Assembly (NCBI GenBank): GCA_031364845.1
Contig: JANLWX010000018.1
Span: 18,247 to 82,246 of the forward strand
Origin: Candidatus Eiseniibacteriota bacterium
Lineage (GTDB): Bacteria; Eisenbacteria; RBG-16-71-46
Reading direction: 5' to 3'
Length of the DNA: 64,000 nt
Of this stretch, positions 1 to 8,892 are shown piece after piece (the first letter of the stretch is position 1; each line of letters opens with the position of its first letter). Position numbers and translations under genes: made by a program. A model generated the notes under the pieces. That model ran no database searches. It worked only from the letters and a program-made list of their open reading frames with translations, and was not told where the DNA came from.

Positions 1-894
1 GAGCACCACGGCACCCACCCACACGTTCACCTTGAAGAACGCGAGGTTCACGTTCTCGGCCCAGCGTTGTTCGAGGAACAACAGCACCCCCGCGACCGCG
101 AGCAGGATGCCGGTTGCGATCTGCGCCGCGACGGCGGCTCCCAAACCCGAGACATCTGCGACGGTCTGCGGAGTCGCGACGCGAAGCACGGCGAGGGCCG
201 CCCCGACCAGGCAAGCGAACGCCGCAAGGTGGAGCACCGCGGACAGCCGCAACGCGCGGTCGCGGCCGAGCCACGCCGCCATCGAATGCACGTGGTGCTC
301 GCGGTCGAACGACTCATCGAGCGTGGCGTAGATGATGTCGAACCCGCTCACCCACAAGAGCGCGAACGCCGCGAGCCACAGCGCGGGAACGATCGCGCCG
401 AGATCCGGATGCGCGGCTGCGAAGCCCGCGAGCGGTGCGAGTGCGAGTGCGACGCCGACTCCGAAGTGGCACAGCGGCGTGAAGCGCTTGAGGTAGGGAT
501 AGAGCGCGAACACCGCGAGCGGCACCGGCGAGACGAGGAGGTACCAGCGGCCGAGCAGAGCACACGCCGCGAGATAAGCGGCGATGCTCACCAGCAGCAG
601 CGTCACCGCTTCTGCGAGTTTCATCGCACCCGCCGGCAGCTCGCGAACCCGAGTGCGCGGATTGAGCGCATCGAGCCGGCGATCGACGAGCCGGTTGAGC
701 GCCATCGCCGCAGTACGCGCCGCGACCGCCGCGACCGCGATCAGCGCCCAGCGGCTCACGCTCATCGCGCGGCCCGGCGCCGAGAAGATGCCGGCGAGAA
801 TCAGCGGCAGCGAGAACAACGTGTGCTCGAAGCGCACGAACGACGCATACGTGCGCATCCGTCCGCGGGCCACCGGGATCGACGCGGTCGTCAT
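1..894 (-). CDS. UbiA-family prenyltransferase (MqnP-like 4-hydroxybenzoate/menaquinone polyprenyltransferase), truncated by window start
   Basis: Not in the ORF track; manual translation from ATG 894 gives MTTASIPVARGRMRTYASFVRFEHTLFSLPLIL...AMALNRLVDRRLDALNPRTRVRELPAG (UbiA NRxxDxxxD motif). ATGA overlap with the upstream gene stop. Confidence 0.9.
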   Translation of the reverse strand, partial: MTTASIPVARGRMRTYASFVRFEHTLFSLPLILAGIFSAPGRAMSVSRWALIAVAAVAARTAAMALNRLVDRRLDALNPRTRVRELPAGAMKLAEAVTLLLVSIAAYLAACALLGRWYLLVSPVPLAVFALYPYLKRFTPLCHFGVGVALALAPLAGFAAAHPDLGAIVPALWLAAFALLWVSGFDIIYATLDESFDREHHVHSMAAWLGRDRALRLSAVLHLAAFACLVGAALAVLRVATPQTVADVSGLGAAVAAQIATGILLAVAGVLLFLEQRWAENVNLAFFKVNVWVGAVVL

Positions 895-2168
895 CGGGCG
901 GCCGGTGCGTTACGGAGCATTGCGAGCACGACGTTGCGCAGCATTTGCGGATACACGCCGCCGCGGCGCGCGTGGCCGTTGATGACGATCGAAGGCACGC
1001 CGAGCAGCCGCATGTCGGTCGCGAGGGCGACGTCCTTGTCGAGCTCCGCCCTGCCCGCTCCGCGTTCGACGCACGCCTGGAACCGCGGCACGTCGAGATG
1101 GAGTTCGCCCAGATGGCGCGTCACGTTAGCCTTGGTGACGTCGGGGTGGGAAAGCGTATGGAACAGATAGTCGTGGTACTCCCAGAATTTCCCCTGCTCT
1201 GCCGCACACTCGCCGACCTCCGCAAGCCAGCATGCATCCACGTGCTGGTCGTGCTCCATCTTGGGATTGCACTGTGAACTCACGGGCGCGTTCAGGAACA
1301 CGACGCGAACCTGGTCGGGCAGCTGGCGGCGCAACTTCTCGATGTGACCGGACAGCGCGCGGCAGTAGTGGCACTGGAAGTCGCTCGCTACCACGATCGT
1401 GACCGGCGCGGTGGCGGGCCCGCGCGACGGCTGGCCCTCGAAGCGGGCCATGTCGATCAGCGGCGGCTGCTCGAGCTGTGCGAGGAACTCGTCGGTCTCC
1501 TCCTGCGCGAGAATCTTCACGTCTTCGAGCGATCGATAGGTCATGAACACTGCCGTGCCGATTCCTGCGAGGACCAGGAACGCCGTCAGGAGCTTCGGAA
1601 CGAGCGGCCCCGGCGAGAGGAACAGGCTGCGCCGGTCGCCCGGAGTCTTCGTGCGGCCATCGATCCACCAGAACAATCCCGCGAGCAATAGATTGATGCC
1701 GTAGGACGCCGCGCAGCCGAGGCACACGGTGCCGATGCGCGCGACCATCACCCACGCGAGGTACGCGTCGAACACCAGCGCCACACACGCCACCAACATT
1801 CCCAGTGAAGCCGCCGCCGCGCGCTCGGCCGGCCGGAACCACAGCGTCGCCAGCGCGAGTCCGCTCATGACGATGTAGAACACGAGGCCCCACAGGGCGA
1901 CCGGGTAGCCGAGCATCGTCGAATGTTCGCTCGCCGCCACCGCGTTGCAGTCGAACGCCGCGCCACCGCTGCACAGCAATCCCTCGGCGAGTCCGCCTTC
2001 GGTGACCGTGATGTATTCGCGGAGCAGGAAGATCGCGATCGCGGCACCGCCGAGCGCGACGATCAGCGCGAGCACGGAGGCGATCGGCGTGCGCGGAGCC
2101 GCGGGAGTTGCGGTGGCGGCAGTGTTCGGAAGTTCTCGGGTCATCGAACGCGTCTCCTGATCATCCAT
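891..2168 (-). CDS. VKOR (vitamin K epoxide reductase) domain fused to a DsbA-like thioredoxin domain
   Basis: TM region with loop cysteines CSGGAAFDC and CLGC; C-terminal SDFQCHYC and GVPS cis-Pro motif. Start at 2168 or 2144. Confidence 0.9.
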   Translation of the reverse strand: MDDQETRSMTRELPNTAATATPAAPRTPIASVLALIVALGGAAIAIFLLREYITVTEGGLAEGLLCSGGAAFDCNAVAASEHSTMLGYPVALWGLVFYIVMSGLALATLWFRPAERAAAASLGMLVACVALVFDAYLAWVMVARIGTVCLGCAASYGINLLLAGLFWWIDGRTKTPGDRRSLFLSPGPLVPKLLTAFLVLAGIGTAVFMTYRSLEDVKILAQEETDEFLAQLEQPPLIDMARFEGQPSRGPATAPVTIVVASDFQCHYCRALSGHIEKLRRQLPDQVRVVFLNAPVSSQCNPKMEHDQHVDACWLAEVGECAAEQGKFWEYHDYLFHTLSHPDVTKANVTRHLGELHLDVPRFQACVERGAGRAELDKDVALATDMRLLGVPSIVINGHARRGGVYPQMLRNVVLAMLRNAPAAR

Positions 2169-2220
2169 GAATCGCGAGTGCGGGCCTGCCGTGCGTGTCT
2201 GAGGCCGCGATCGAAAAGCA

Positions 2221-3018
2221 TCATCGGCGCACACCCCACACCAGCGTCGTCGCGCCGAGGCGATTCACGAGCGGCAGTGATTCCGCCACGGTTTCGAGCA
2301 CACGCCCCACCGGCAGCAACGAATCCGGCAATGTCTTGAACACCCACATGAACTGACGCGCCCCGCGCACTTCGAAGCCCGCGGTGGCGAGGCCCGAGAC
2401 CAGATCATGAGCCGTGATCGGATGATGATACCGATACGGGTGGTAGGTCGAGGAATCGTCCTGAGCTTCGGGATAGCACGAGGACGGCAACATTCGCCGC
2501 AGCGCGGGCCAGCGTGTCGCGAGCACCTTCACCTGCTCGATCGGCGAATGCGCGTTCGGCGTCGAGATCGCGATGGTTCCGCCCGGCTTGATCACGCGGG
2601 CGGCTTCGCGCAGCACCTGCGCGCGATCCGGCCGGAACACGTGCTCCATCATTTCCACCGACACGATCGCGTCGAACGCGCGATCCGGAAACGGCAGCGC
2701 CTTGGCATTGCCCTGGACCAGCGCGAAGCCGCGGTCGTCATTGAAATGGCGCTGCGCCCATTGGAGCTGATCGAGGCCGAGATCGATCCCGGTGATGCGC
2801 GCACCCATCTTCGACGCCCACATGGGCCCGAACGCCCAGCCCGGTCCCAGGTCGAGCACCCGGTCGCCGCGCTCGAATCCGCTGCGTTCGAAAACCTCAC
2901 GAATTCGCCGGACGATCATGTGTCGCTTGGTCGCCGAGGCCAGATACCAGTGTTCGACCAGGTAGGGTAACGATTCGCGATCGCGGACCGTGATCTCGGG
3001 AGGAGCGCCGAGCTTCAT
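2221..3018 (-). CDS. Class I SAM-dependent methyltransferase
   Basis: VLDLGPGWAFG motif I, GIDL, QGNAKALPFPDRAFDAIVS, RVIKPGG. Start MKLGAPP at 3018 overlaps the EamA stop. Confidence 0.88.
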   Translation of the reverse strand: MKLGAPPEITVRDRESLPYLVEHWYLASATKRHMIVRRIREVFERSGFERGDRVLDLGPGWAFGPMWASKMGARITGIDLGLDQLQWAQRHFNDDRGFALVQGNAKALPFPDRAFDAIVSVEMMEHVFRPDRAQVLREAARVIKPGGTIAISTPNAHSPIEQVKVLATRWPALRRMLPSSCYPEAQDDSSTYHPYRYHHPITAHDLVSGLATAGFEVRGARQFMWVFKTLPDSLLPVGRVLETVAESLPLVNRLGATTLVWGVRR

Positions 3019-3983
3019 GTGGCAACCGCGCGCGCGCGAAGCGATTCCGACTGCGTGAGCCAGACTCCGGCGAGCACCAGCACGGTCGACACCACGAATC
3101 CCGCGGGCAGCGGTTCGCGCAGGAACATCCACGCCATCGCGACGGTGAACAGCGGCTGGAGGTTGGTCATGATCGCGACCGAGGCTGGCTTGAGGTGCTC
3201 GAGCCCCCAGAACCAGATCACGTAATTGAGCGCCGAGGTCAGCCAGGCGAGGTACAGCAGGCCGCTCCATGCGGGCGCCGAGATTCGTGCCGGGTGAAAC
3301 TGCAGCAGGCTCACGAGGCCGATCGGCAGGAATGCGATCGTGCCGGCGAGCATGGCCTGGGCGGTGACGACCAGCGATCCGTAGCGGCGGGTCACGGTCC
3401 GGCCGAGCACGAGGTAGAGCGCCCACGTGACGACGGCGAGCAGGATGACGAGGTCACCGCGCAACGATGCCGCCTCGAAGTGCAGGCCACGCTGCAGCAG
3501 AAGCGTGAGGACTCCCGCGAACGCAAGAGCGATCCCACCGATCGCAGCCGCTGTCGGGCGGGTCGAGGCCGAACTCATGCCGAAAAGGACCACGAACGCC
3601 GGCGTGAGCGCGTAGAGGAGTGCCGCGTGCGAAGCGCTCGACCATTGCATGCCGATCAGGAACAGTCCCTGGTTGAGCAGCACGCCCAGCAGCCCGAGCA
3701 ACACGATGCGGGGCCGATCGGCCCGCGCAATCCGGACTCCGGGCCGCAGGAAGCGCGCGACCGGCCACAGCACCAGCGTGGCGAGCACGAAACGGAACAG
3801 CGCGAGCGGAAGGGGAGGAAACTCGGCGAGCGTGCCCTTGGCGACGAGAAACGTGCCGCTCGCAATCATGACGTTCAGCAACAGCGCCGGATACAAGAGC
3901 GCCGGTGGCGAGGCGGAGTTCATCACCTCCGCGGAAGCGGAGACGGATTCGGGTTGCGGGAGATGGGCATGGGTCACGCGCAT
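3015..3983 (-). CDS. EamA/DMT family transporter
   Basis: About 10 hydrophobic segments in two EamA repeats (ALFRF, NLQPLFTVAMAWMFLRE). Start 3983 or 3923. Confidence 0.9.
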   Translation of the reverse strand: MRVTHAHLPQPESVSASAEVMNSASPPALLYPALLLNVMIASGTFLVAKGTLAEFPPLPLALFRFVLATLVLWPVARFLRPGVRIARADRPRIVLLGLLGVLLNQGLFLIGMQWSSASHAALLYALTPAFVVLFGMSSASTRPTAAAIGGIALAFAGVLTLLLQRGLHFEAASLRGDLVILLAVVTWALYLVLGRTVTRRYGSLVVTAQAMLAGTIAFLPIGLVSLLQFHPARISAPAWSGLLYLAWLTSALNYVIWFWGLEHLKPASVAIMTNLQPLFTVAMAWMFLREPLPAGFVVSTVLVLAGVWLTQSESLRARAVAT

Positions 3984-4411
3984 GGACCCCGCACATTACA
4001 ACGCCGCACGCGGGCAGCGCACTTCGCGGCCATGATCGACTGCTTATGTGCGCCGGCCCCGCGATGGATGTCGTGCGTGCTGTTCCAACTCCCCGACTGA
4101 CAAGGTAGCGGTGGTGGAGTTGCTTCGGCCAATCGGCCCCCGATTGCGATCAACCTCCGCGAATCCGGTCCTCCGCTCCTTGCCCGTCGTGGTCGAGATC
4201 ATGTGGATCTCGAAGACTCTCCATCGCAATGAGCGGACCAACCGCGTCGGTCGTCATGGACTCGCGCGAAAGGCCTGCAAACACACGCGCATGTCGGTGT
4301 TCGTGCGGACGAGTCGGGTGTTCGCCGACGGACTGGGTGTCCGTGGGGTTTCCACATCCGTCGCGGCGTTGACACTCGAGACAGAGAAATCACCCCCTGT
4401 GATTTCTCTGC

Positions 4412-4441
4412 TTGACGGAGTGCACGGACGTGCACTAGCAT
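4412..4441 (+). promoter_or_regulatory. Sigma70-like lexA promoter with a palindromic operator in the spacer
   Basis: TTGACG 4412-4417, 18-nt spacer, TAGCAT 4436-4441; perfect palindrome AGTGCAC-GGAC-GTGCACT at 4419-4436. Confidence 0.7.
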
Positions 4442-4494
4442 TCCCGGGTGCCAGGTCCAAGAATGGACCCTCAACGTTTTGAAAGAAGGGATCT

Positions 4495-5097
4495 ATGCGG
4501 AGCGATCGAACGCGCGAGATTTTGAGCTTCATCGAGGACTTCACGCGCGAGCGCGGATATCCGCCAACCATTCGAGAGATCGGCAAGGCGTTTTCGATCG
4601 CGTCGACGAACGGCGTTCGCTTCCACCTTCACAAGCTCGAGAAGCAGGGCATGTTGAAACGGAGCGGAAAGATCTCCCGGGGGATCGAGAGCATGCGCGC
4701 CGTGACGCCGGTGACCGGCGGAATTCCGATTCTCGGTCGCGTGGCGGCAGGTCAGCCAATCTCGGCGGACCAATCGTATGACGGCACACTCGAAATCGAT
4801 GACCTCTTTGGTCGGCCCGGCGAACTGTTCGCATTGCTCGTGAAGGGTGACAGCATGATCGGCGCGGGCATCTACGAGAACGATCACGTCGTCGTGCGGC
4901 ATCAGGAAACGGCGGCGGCTGGCGAAATGGTGGTGGCGCTGATCGAAGACGAAGCGACCGTCAAATATTTCCAGCCCAAGAGTGATCGCGTCGAGCTGGT
5001 CCCAGCGAATCCGAAGTACCAGCCGATCGTCGTCCGATCCGATGAAGAGCTTCGATTGCTGGGAGTTGTTCGAGGAGTGGTTCGCGTCATCAACTGA
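4495..5097 (+). CDS. lexA: SOS transcriptional repressor LexA
   Basis: GYPPTIREIG winged-HTH, GRVAAG(Q)P Ala-Gly cleavage site, VKGDSM catalytic Ser, ATVK catalytic Lys. Confidence 0.97.
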   Translation: MRSDRTREILSFIEDFTRERGYPPTIREIGKAFSIASTNGVRFHLHKLEKQGMLKRSGKISRGIESMRAVTPVTGGIPILGRVAAGQPISADQSYDGTLEIDDLFGRPGELFALLVKGDSMIGAGIYENDHVVVRHQETAAAGEMVVALIEDEATVKYFQPKSDRVELVPANPKYQPIVVRSDEELRLLGVVRGVVRVIN

Positions 5098-5117
5098 CCT
5101 CGATGATGAGGTCCGAG

Positions 5118-5143
5118 AATGGGAGCTCGCGCTCCCATTTTTT
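5118..5143 (+). terminator. Intrinsic terminator after lexA
   Basis: AATGGGAGC-TCGC-GCTCCCATT hairpin followed by a T run. Confidence 0.7.
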
Positions 5144-5155
5144 CGCGGTATTAAC

Positions 5156-5169
5156 TGCACATACGTGCA
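5156..5169. promoter_or_regulatory. Second TGCAC-N4-GTGCA palindrome (candidate LexA operator)
   Basis: TGCAC-ATAC-GTGCA just upstream of the GGGAGG RBS of the TnpA-like gene. Confidence 0.6.
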
Positions 5170-5184
5170 TCGGCAAGGGAGGAT

Positions 5185-5649
5185 GTGATGGTGGACAGCA
5201 GACTGACCCCCGAAGTTACTGAGTCACTCGCAGTGCGATGGGAACCGGTATATCGGAGTCAGCTCCACTACCTCGTCACATGGGGAACGCGGGGTCGGCG
5301 GCCGGTGCTCAAGAATCGTCACGTGCGCTCATTGCAGACGCTCGTCCAGCAACTGTGCGCGGACCGTGGATACGGACTGCTCGAAGTCGCGGCAGGTGAT
5401 GATCACGTGCATGTGCTGGTCGCGATTCGACCTTCGCAGAGCATCGCGAGCGTCGTGCGCGAAATCAAAGGCCGCTCCGCCGCGACACTGCTTACGGATT
5501 TCCCCGAACTCAGAGTGTGGCTGCGCGGAAATCTCGTGTGGGACGAACGCTACTCGGTCGAGACCGTGAGCGGAGTGCGCGTCGATCGAGTGCAGAATCG
5601 GCTGCGCGCTCTGCACGGCCCTCAGGATGAGTTGGCCCGCGCGAGCTGA
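5185..5649 (+). CDS. IS200/IS605 TnpA-like (Y1 HUH) protein lacking the catalytic Tyr; no tnpB adjacent
   Basis: YLVTWGTRGRRPVL, DDHVHVLV (HUH), VREIKGRSA, VWDERYSVETVSG; the expected YIxxQ helix reads RLRAL. Confidence 0.85.
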   Translation: MMVDSRLTPEVTESLAVRWEPVYRSQLHYLVTWGTRGRRPVLKNRHVRSLQTLVQQLCADRGYGLLEVAAGDDHVHVLVAIRPSQSIASVVREIKGRSAATLLTDFPELRVWLRGNLVWDERYSVETVSGVRVDRVQNRLRALHGPQDELARAS

Positions 5650-5784
5650 TTCGCGAGGGTTCGATGATGCCTCGGTACCTCCGGGCTTTCATCGAATGAT
5701 GTTTCACGAACGACACCGCGGCGCTCCTGACGCGTGGCACCCGAAAGGTGCCGCGACGCCGGAATCACGTCTTCGCCTTCGACT

Positions 5785-6702
5785 TCATGGGGCGACGCGG
5801 GGTCGTCGTGAAAGACCGGTTCCATAGGACGCGAGCGCGGCGGCGAGGAGCACGAGCAATGCGCCGAGCCATTGAATCGCCGCCAGGCCTTCGCCGAGGG
5901 CGATCCATGCTGCTACCACGGCGACCACGGGCTCGAGGGTCGCGAGAATGCCGGCTTCAGCGGCAGGCATGCGGCGCAGTCCGGCATAGAAGAGCGCGAA
6001 CGGGATGAGAGCCGAAGTTACCGCGAGAAGCAGGAACACACCCCACATCGAGGCGTCGTAGCCGGCCGCGGCGATGCGCCATGGCGGTGTGACGATCGCC
6101 CACACCAGCCCCGCGACCAGGAACGTGTAGAAGAGGATCGTCTCGGGTGCGTAGCGCGCGAGAATTCGTTTCGAGTAGACGATGTAGAAGGCGAATGTGA
6201 AAGCGGTGCTGAAGCTGATCGCCCAGTCGATCGGACGCGCGCGATCGAGTTGCGCGCCGTTGTTGCCGACCAGGAGCGCCGTGCCGACCATTGCCGCGGC
6301 CAGCGTGATGACAATGCGGCGGGTGAGGCGTGCGCCTCGCAGCAGTTCCCACAGCACGATCAACGAGGGAGCGAGGTACTGGATCAGGATCGCGAGTCCG
6401 ACGCCGAGGACCGAAATCGAATGGTAGTAGCCACCCTGTATCGCGGCGACCCCGAGGACTCCGAGCAGCGCGAACGGTCCCCAGTCTCGCCGGTCGACCA
6501 CGAGCGTTCGCGGGCGACTCGATGCCATCCATACACCGAGGATCAAGGTCGAGAGCACGAGCCGCATCTCGACGATCGTCAGGGGTGGAATGTCGCGTTC
6601 GCGAAACATGAATCGAGCAAGGGTCGCCGAGGCGCCCCAGAACACCGTGGCCCCGAACACCATGAGGCGTCCGCGCGCGTGCTCGGTCGTAGAATCCTTC
6701 AT
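5785..6702 (-). CDS. EamA/DMT family transporter
   Basis: Two EamA repeats, ILATLEPVVAVVAAWIALGE. Start MKDSTT at 6702, just after the upstream gene stop. Confidence 0.9.
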   Translation of the reverse strand: MKDSTTEHARGRLMVFGATVFWGASATLARFMFRERDIPPLTIVEMRLVLSTLILGVWMASSRPRTLVVDRRDWGPFALLGVLGVAAIQGGYYHSISVLGVGLAILIQYLAPSLIVLWELLRGARLTRRIVITLAAAMVGTALLVGNNGAQLDRARPIDWAISFSTAFTFAFYIVYSKRILARYAPETILFYTFLVAGLVWAIVTPPWRIAAAGYDASMWGVFLLLAVTSALIPFALFYAGLRRMPAAEAGILATLEPVVAVVAAWIALGEGLAAIQWLGALLVLLAAALASYGTGLSRRPRVAP

Positions 6703-6706
6703 GAAC

Positions 6707-8398
6707 TCAAAGCAGCCGTCGCCGCTGCAGACGGACGGTACGCACGGCATCGCCGCGGCGCACTCGGAGAACCACGCGGCTCCCGGCCGGTCCTTCGAGA
6801 CGGCGCGAGGCGCCGATGACATCGAGCATGGTCGCGGGCGTCGCGTCGATCGCCACCAGTTCGTCGGCTCTTTCGATCCCGGCTAGTGCCGCCGGAGATC
6901 CGGCGGCAACGCCGACGATGCTCAGGGCAGTGCCGCGCCGTTCGAGCTGCAGGCCGACGTGTGTGTATTCGTTCGGGCGTTCGTCCACTGTGTGCGGGAT
7001 CGATTCCAACCACAGCACCTGATGGGGATAGTCGATCACGACTCGGAACCGCCGCAGGAACGAATAGCCCAGCAGGCCGTGCACCGGCTCGCCGACGTCG
7101 GCAGAGAGTGCGGATGCGAGCGGGCTCTCGATGATCGCCGCATCCATATCGCGCGTCGATACGCCGGCGGAGTCCGTGAGGATCTCGATCTTGGGCAACC
7201 GTGCGATCCGCGCCTCCGCCGAACCCACGAGCGTGGGGGCGGTCAGGCCACGCAACGATGGCCAGCCATCGAACTGCGGAGCTATCTCGGCGAGCGAGGG
7301 TCCGAACAAGGCGGTCTTGGTCGCGCCGGTGTCGACGATGAGCGTCAGCGTGTCGCTCATCGATGCGATGTTGGGATTGGCCACGCGCGCGGCAACCAGG
7401 ATCTTGTCATCGCCGCGAAGTCGGAAGGGAACCGCGCGAGCGCCGCCATGCAGCGCATCACCTAGAGCCGACCGCGAAGCTTCGACGCGCGATTGCCGGT
7501 GTGCCAGTGAGCCATCGCCACTTCGAATGTGGGATTCACTGGCAACGCGATCGACAGGCTGCGAGGTTGCGGAGTTCGAACCATCGTCCGTTGAATCGTT
7601 GACGGGAATGAGGCCGAGTTCGTCTCGGCGATAGTCGATCACCAACGCGTAGGCCGTGAGCGGATGCGCACCCAGCAGGCCGAACACAGGCCGGTCGGTG
7701 ACCTGCCGGATGATGCTCCCGTCAATCGTGAGAACCGGAGACACTTGATCGAACTGAAGGCCACCGATCTCGAGCCGGGGCAACGGGCGATCGGAGATTC
7801 CGATTGCCGCCGGCGCCGCGCCGTCCATTCCACTGCCATTGGGAATCTTCGCGTCGCTATTTTTGATCCCGATCTCGCGAGCGAACGACGCGTCCAGGGC
7901 AACGTATCCGGCACCGCTGTCCAACACGAACAACCCGGTCGTGTCACGACCGTCCGATCTCCGGACCGTGGCGCGGAGCATGATGATTCCTTCCATGTTC
8001 TCGATGGGCACGATCGTCGCGCTGGATCTCCATTGCGCGTTCTGGGCAATAGCGTTGCGCCGTTTCGCCGCGGAGCGTCGAGCTGTCTCCGCATGACTGC
8101 GATTTCGTGGCGTGGAGGCAGATCCCGGCGCGGCCTTTGATCCCTCGGCAGAGTGCGCGCCCTGAGGACTCACGGGTGCGTTCTGCGTCGCCGGATGAGT
8201 GCCAGCCCCTGCGCGCGCTGTGGCGTCGAGCCCGGGGCCTGAGAAGAGGAGGAACAACGCCCCGGACACCGCGACGGTCCAGTGCAGATCTCGAATCCGG
8301 ACCGTGGAACTAGCCCCGGGTGCGAAGGAGATCGCCACCCATCTCGACGGCTTCGGAGCCGTTCTCGAGCATGGTGCACCGGCCGGTAAAGTGAACAC
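6707..8398 (-). CDS. Secreted retropepsin-like aspartyl protease (two domains) with C-terminal PDZ; true start probably ~8270-8300
   Basis: FVLDSGA and LIVDTGA catalytic motifs, GLLG motifs, VAAGSPAALAGI...DELVAID PDZ, hydrophobic N-terminal segment. Confidence 0.85.
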   Translation of the reverse strand: MFTLPAGAPCSRTAPKPSRWVAISFAPGASSTVRIRDLHWTVAVSGALFLLFSGPGLDATARAGAGTHPATQNAPVSPQGAHSAEGSKAAPGSASTPRNRSHAETARRSAAKRRNAIAQNAQWRSSATIVPIENMEGIIMLRATVRRSDGRDTTGLFVLDSGAGYVALDASFAREIGIKNSDAKIPNGSGMDGAAPAAIGISDRPLPRLEIGGLQFDQVSPVLTIDGSIIRQVTDRPVFGLLGAHPLTAYALVIDYRRDELGLIPVNDSTDDGSNSATSQPVDRVASESHIRSGDGSLAHRQSRVEASRSALGDALHGGARAVPFRLRGDDKILVAARVANPNIASMSDTLTLIVDTGATKTALFGPSLAEIAPQFDGWPSLRGLTAPTLVGSAEARIARLPKIEILTDSAGVSTRDMDAAIIESPLASALSADVGEPVHGLLGYSFLRRFRVVIDYPHQVLWLESIPHTVDERPNEYTHVGLQLERRGTALSIVGVAAGSPAALAGIERADELVAIDATPATMLDVIGASRRLEGPAGSRVVLRVRRGDAVRTVRLQRRRLL

Positions 8399-8717
8399 CT
8401 GGCTCCATCACCACGCTCATGGCTGCAACGTCACCTTCAACGCGAGCGCCAGCCTTCAGTTCGAGAATTCCAAGCGCGCGAACGTTACCGTAAATGCGGC
8501 CCTCGATCACGGCTTCCTTGACCTCGATATCGGCACGCATGACGCCATGTTCTCCGATTTCAAGACGTTCGCAGTTAAGAACGTCGCCTTCGAGTTCGCC
8601 TTCGATTCGCAGCGTGCCGGAAACCATGAGAGTTCCACGGAAGCTGGACCCAATCCCGATCGTCGTATTGGGCATCGTCGGCGCGTCGGGGGTGCCGGCC
8701 TTGGACAGGAATCTCAT
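8310..8717 (-). CDS. Bactofilin (polymer-forming cytoskeletal protein, CcmA family)
   Basis: TTIGIGSSFRGTL...LRIEGELEGDV...IEGRIYGNV...ARVEGDV...MEPGVHFTGRC beta-helix pattern; GGAGGAG RBS. Confidence 0.93.
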   Translation of the reverse strand: MRFLSKAGTPDAPTMPNTTIGIGSSFRGTLMVSGTLRIEGELEGDVLNCERLEIGEHGVMRADIEVKEAVIEGRIYGNVRALGILELKAGARVEGDVAAMSVVMEPGVHFTGRCTMLENGSEAVEMGGDLLRTRG

Positions 8718-8892
8718 CGCCATCTCCTCCATGAACACCAGGCGACTGCTGCGCGCGACATCACGCGCGATGTCTGACGCGCGGACTAATCAGTAGTGTG
8801 AAATGTGAACGTGACTCACTTGGATCAACGGCCGTTCGATGATCACCATCTCTCGTCGGTCCGCCGACTTTTTCGCCACGATTGGGTTTGCG

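Noticed and set aside
4200..4360. DnaA-box-like 9-mers (TGTGGATCT, GTTTCCACA) as oriC
   Set aside because: Only 7/9 matches, few in number, and no clear AT-rich unwinding element.
5100..5700. Active IS200/IS605 element
   Set aside because: Catalytic Tyr is missing, there is no tnpB, and the upstream hairpin is well explained as the lexA terminator.
5700..5715. Third parS-like site TGTTTCACGAACGACA
   Set aside because: Only one good half-site.
8797..8820. CRP-like TGTGA...TCAC upstream of bactofilin
   Set aside because: Spacing is N7 rather than N6 and the match is weak.
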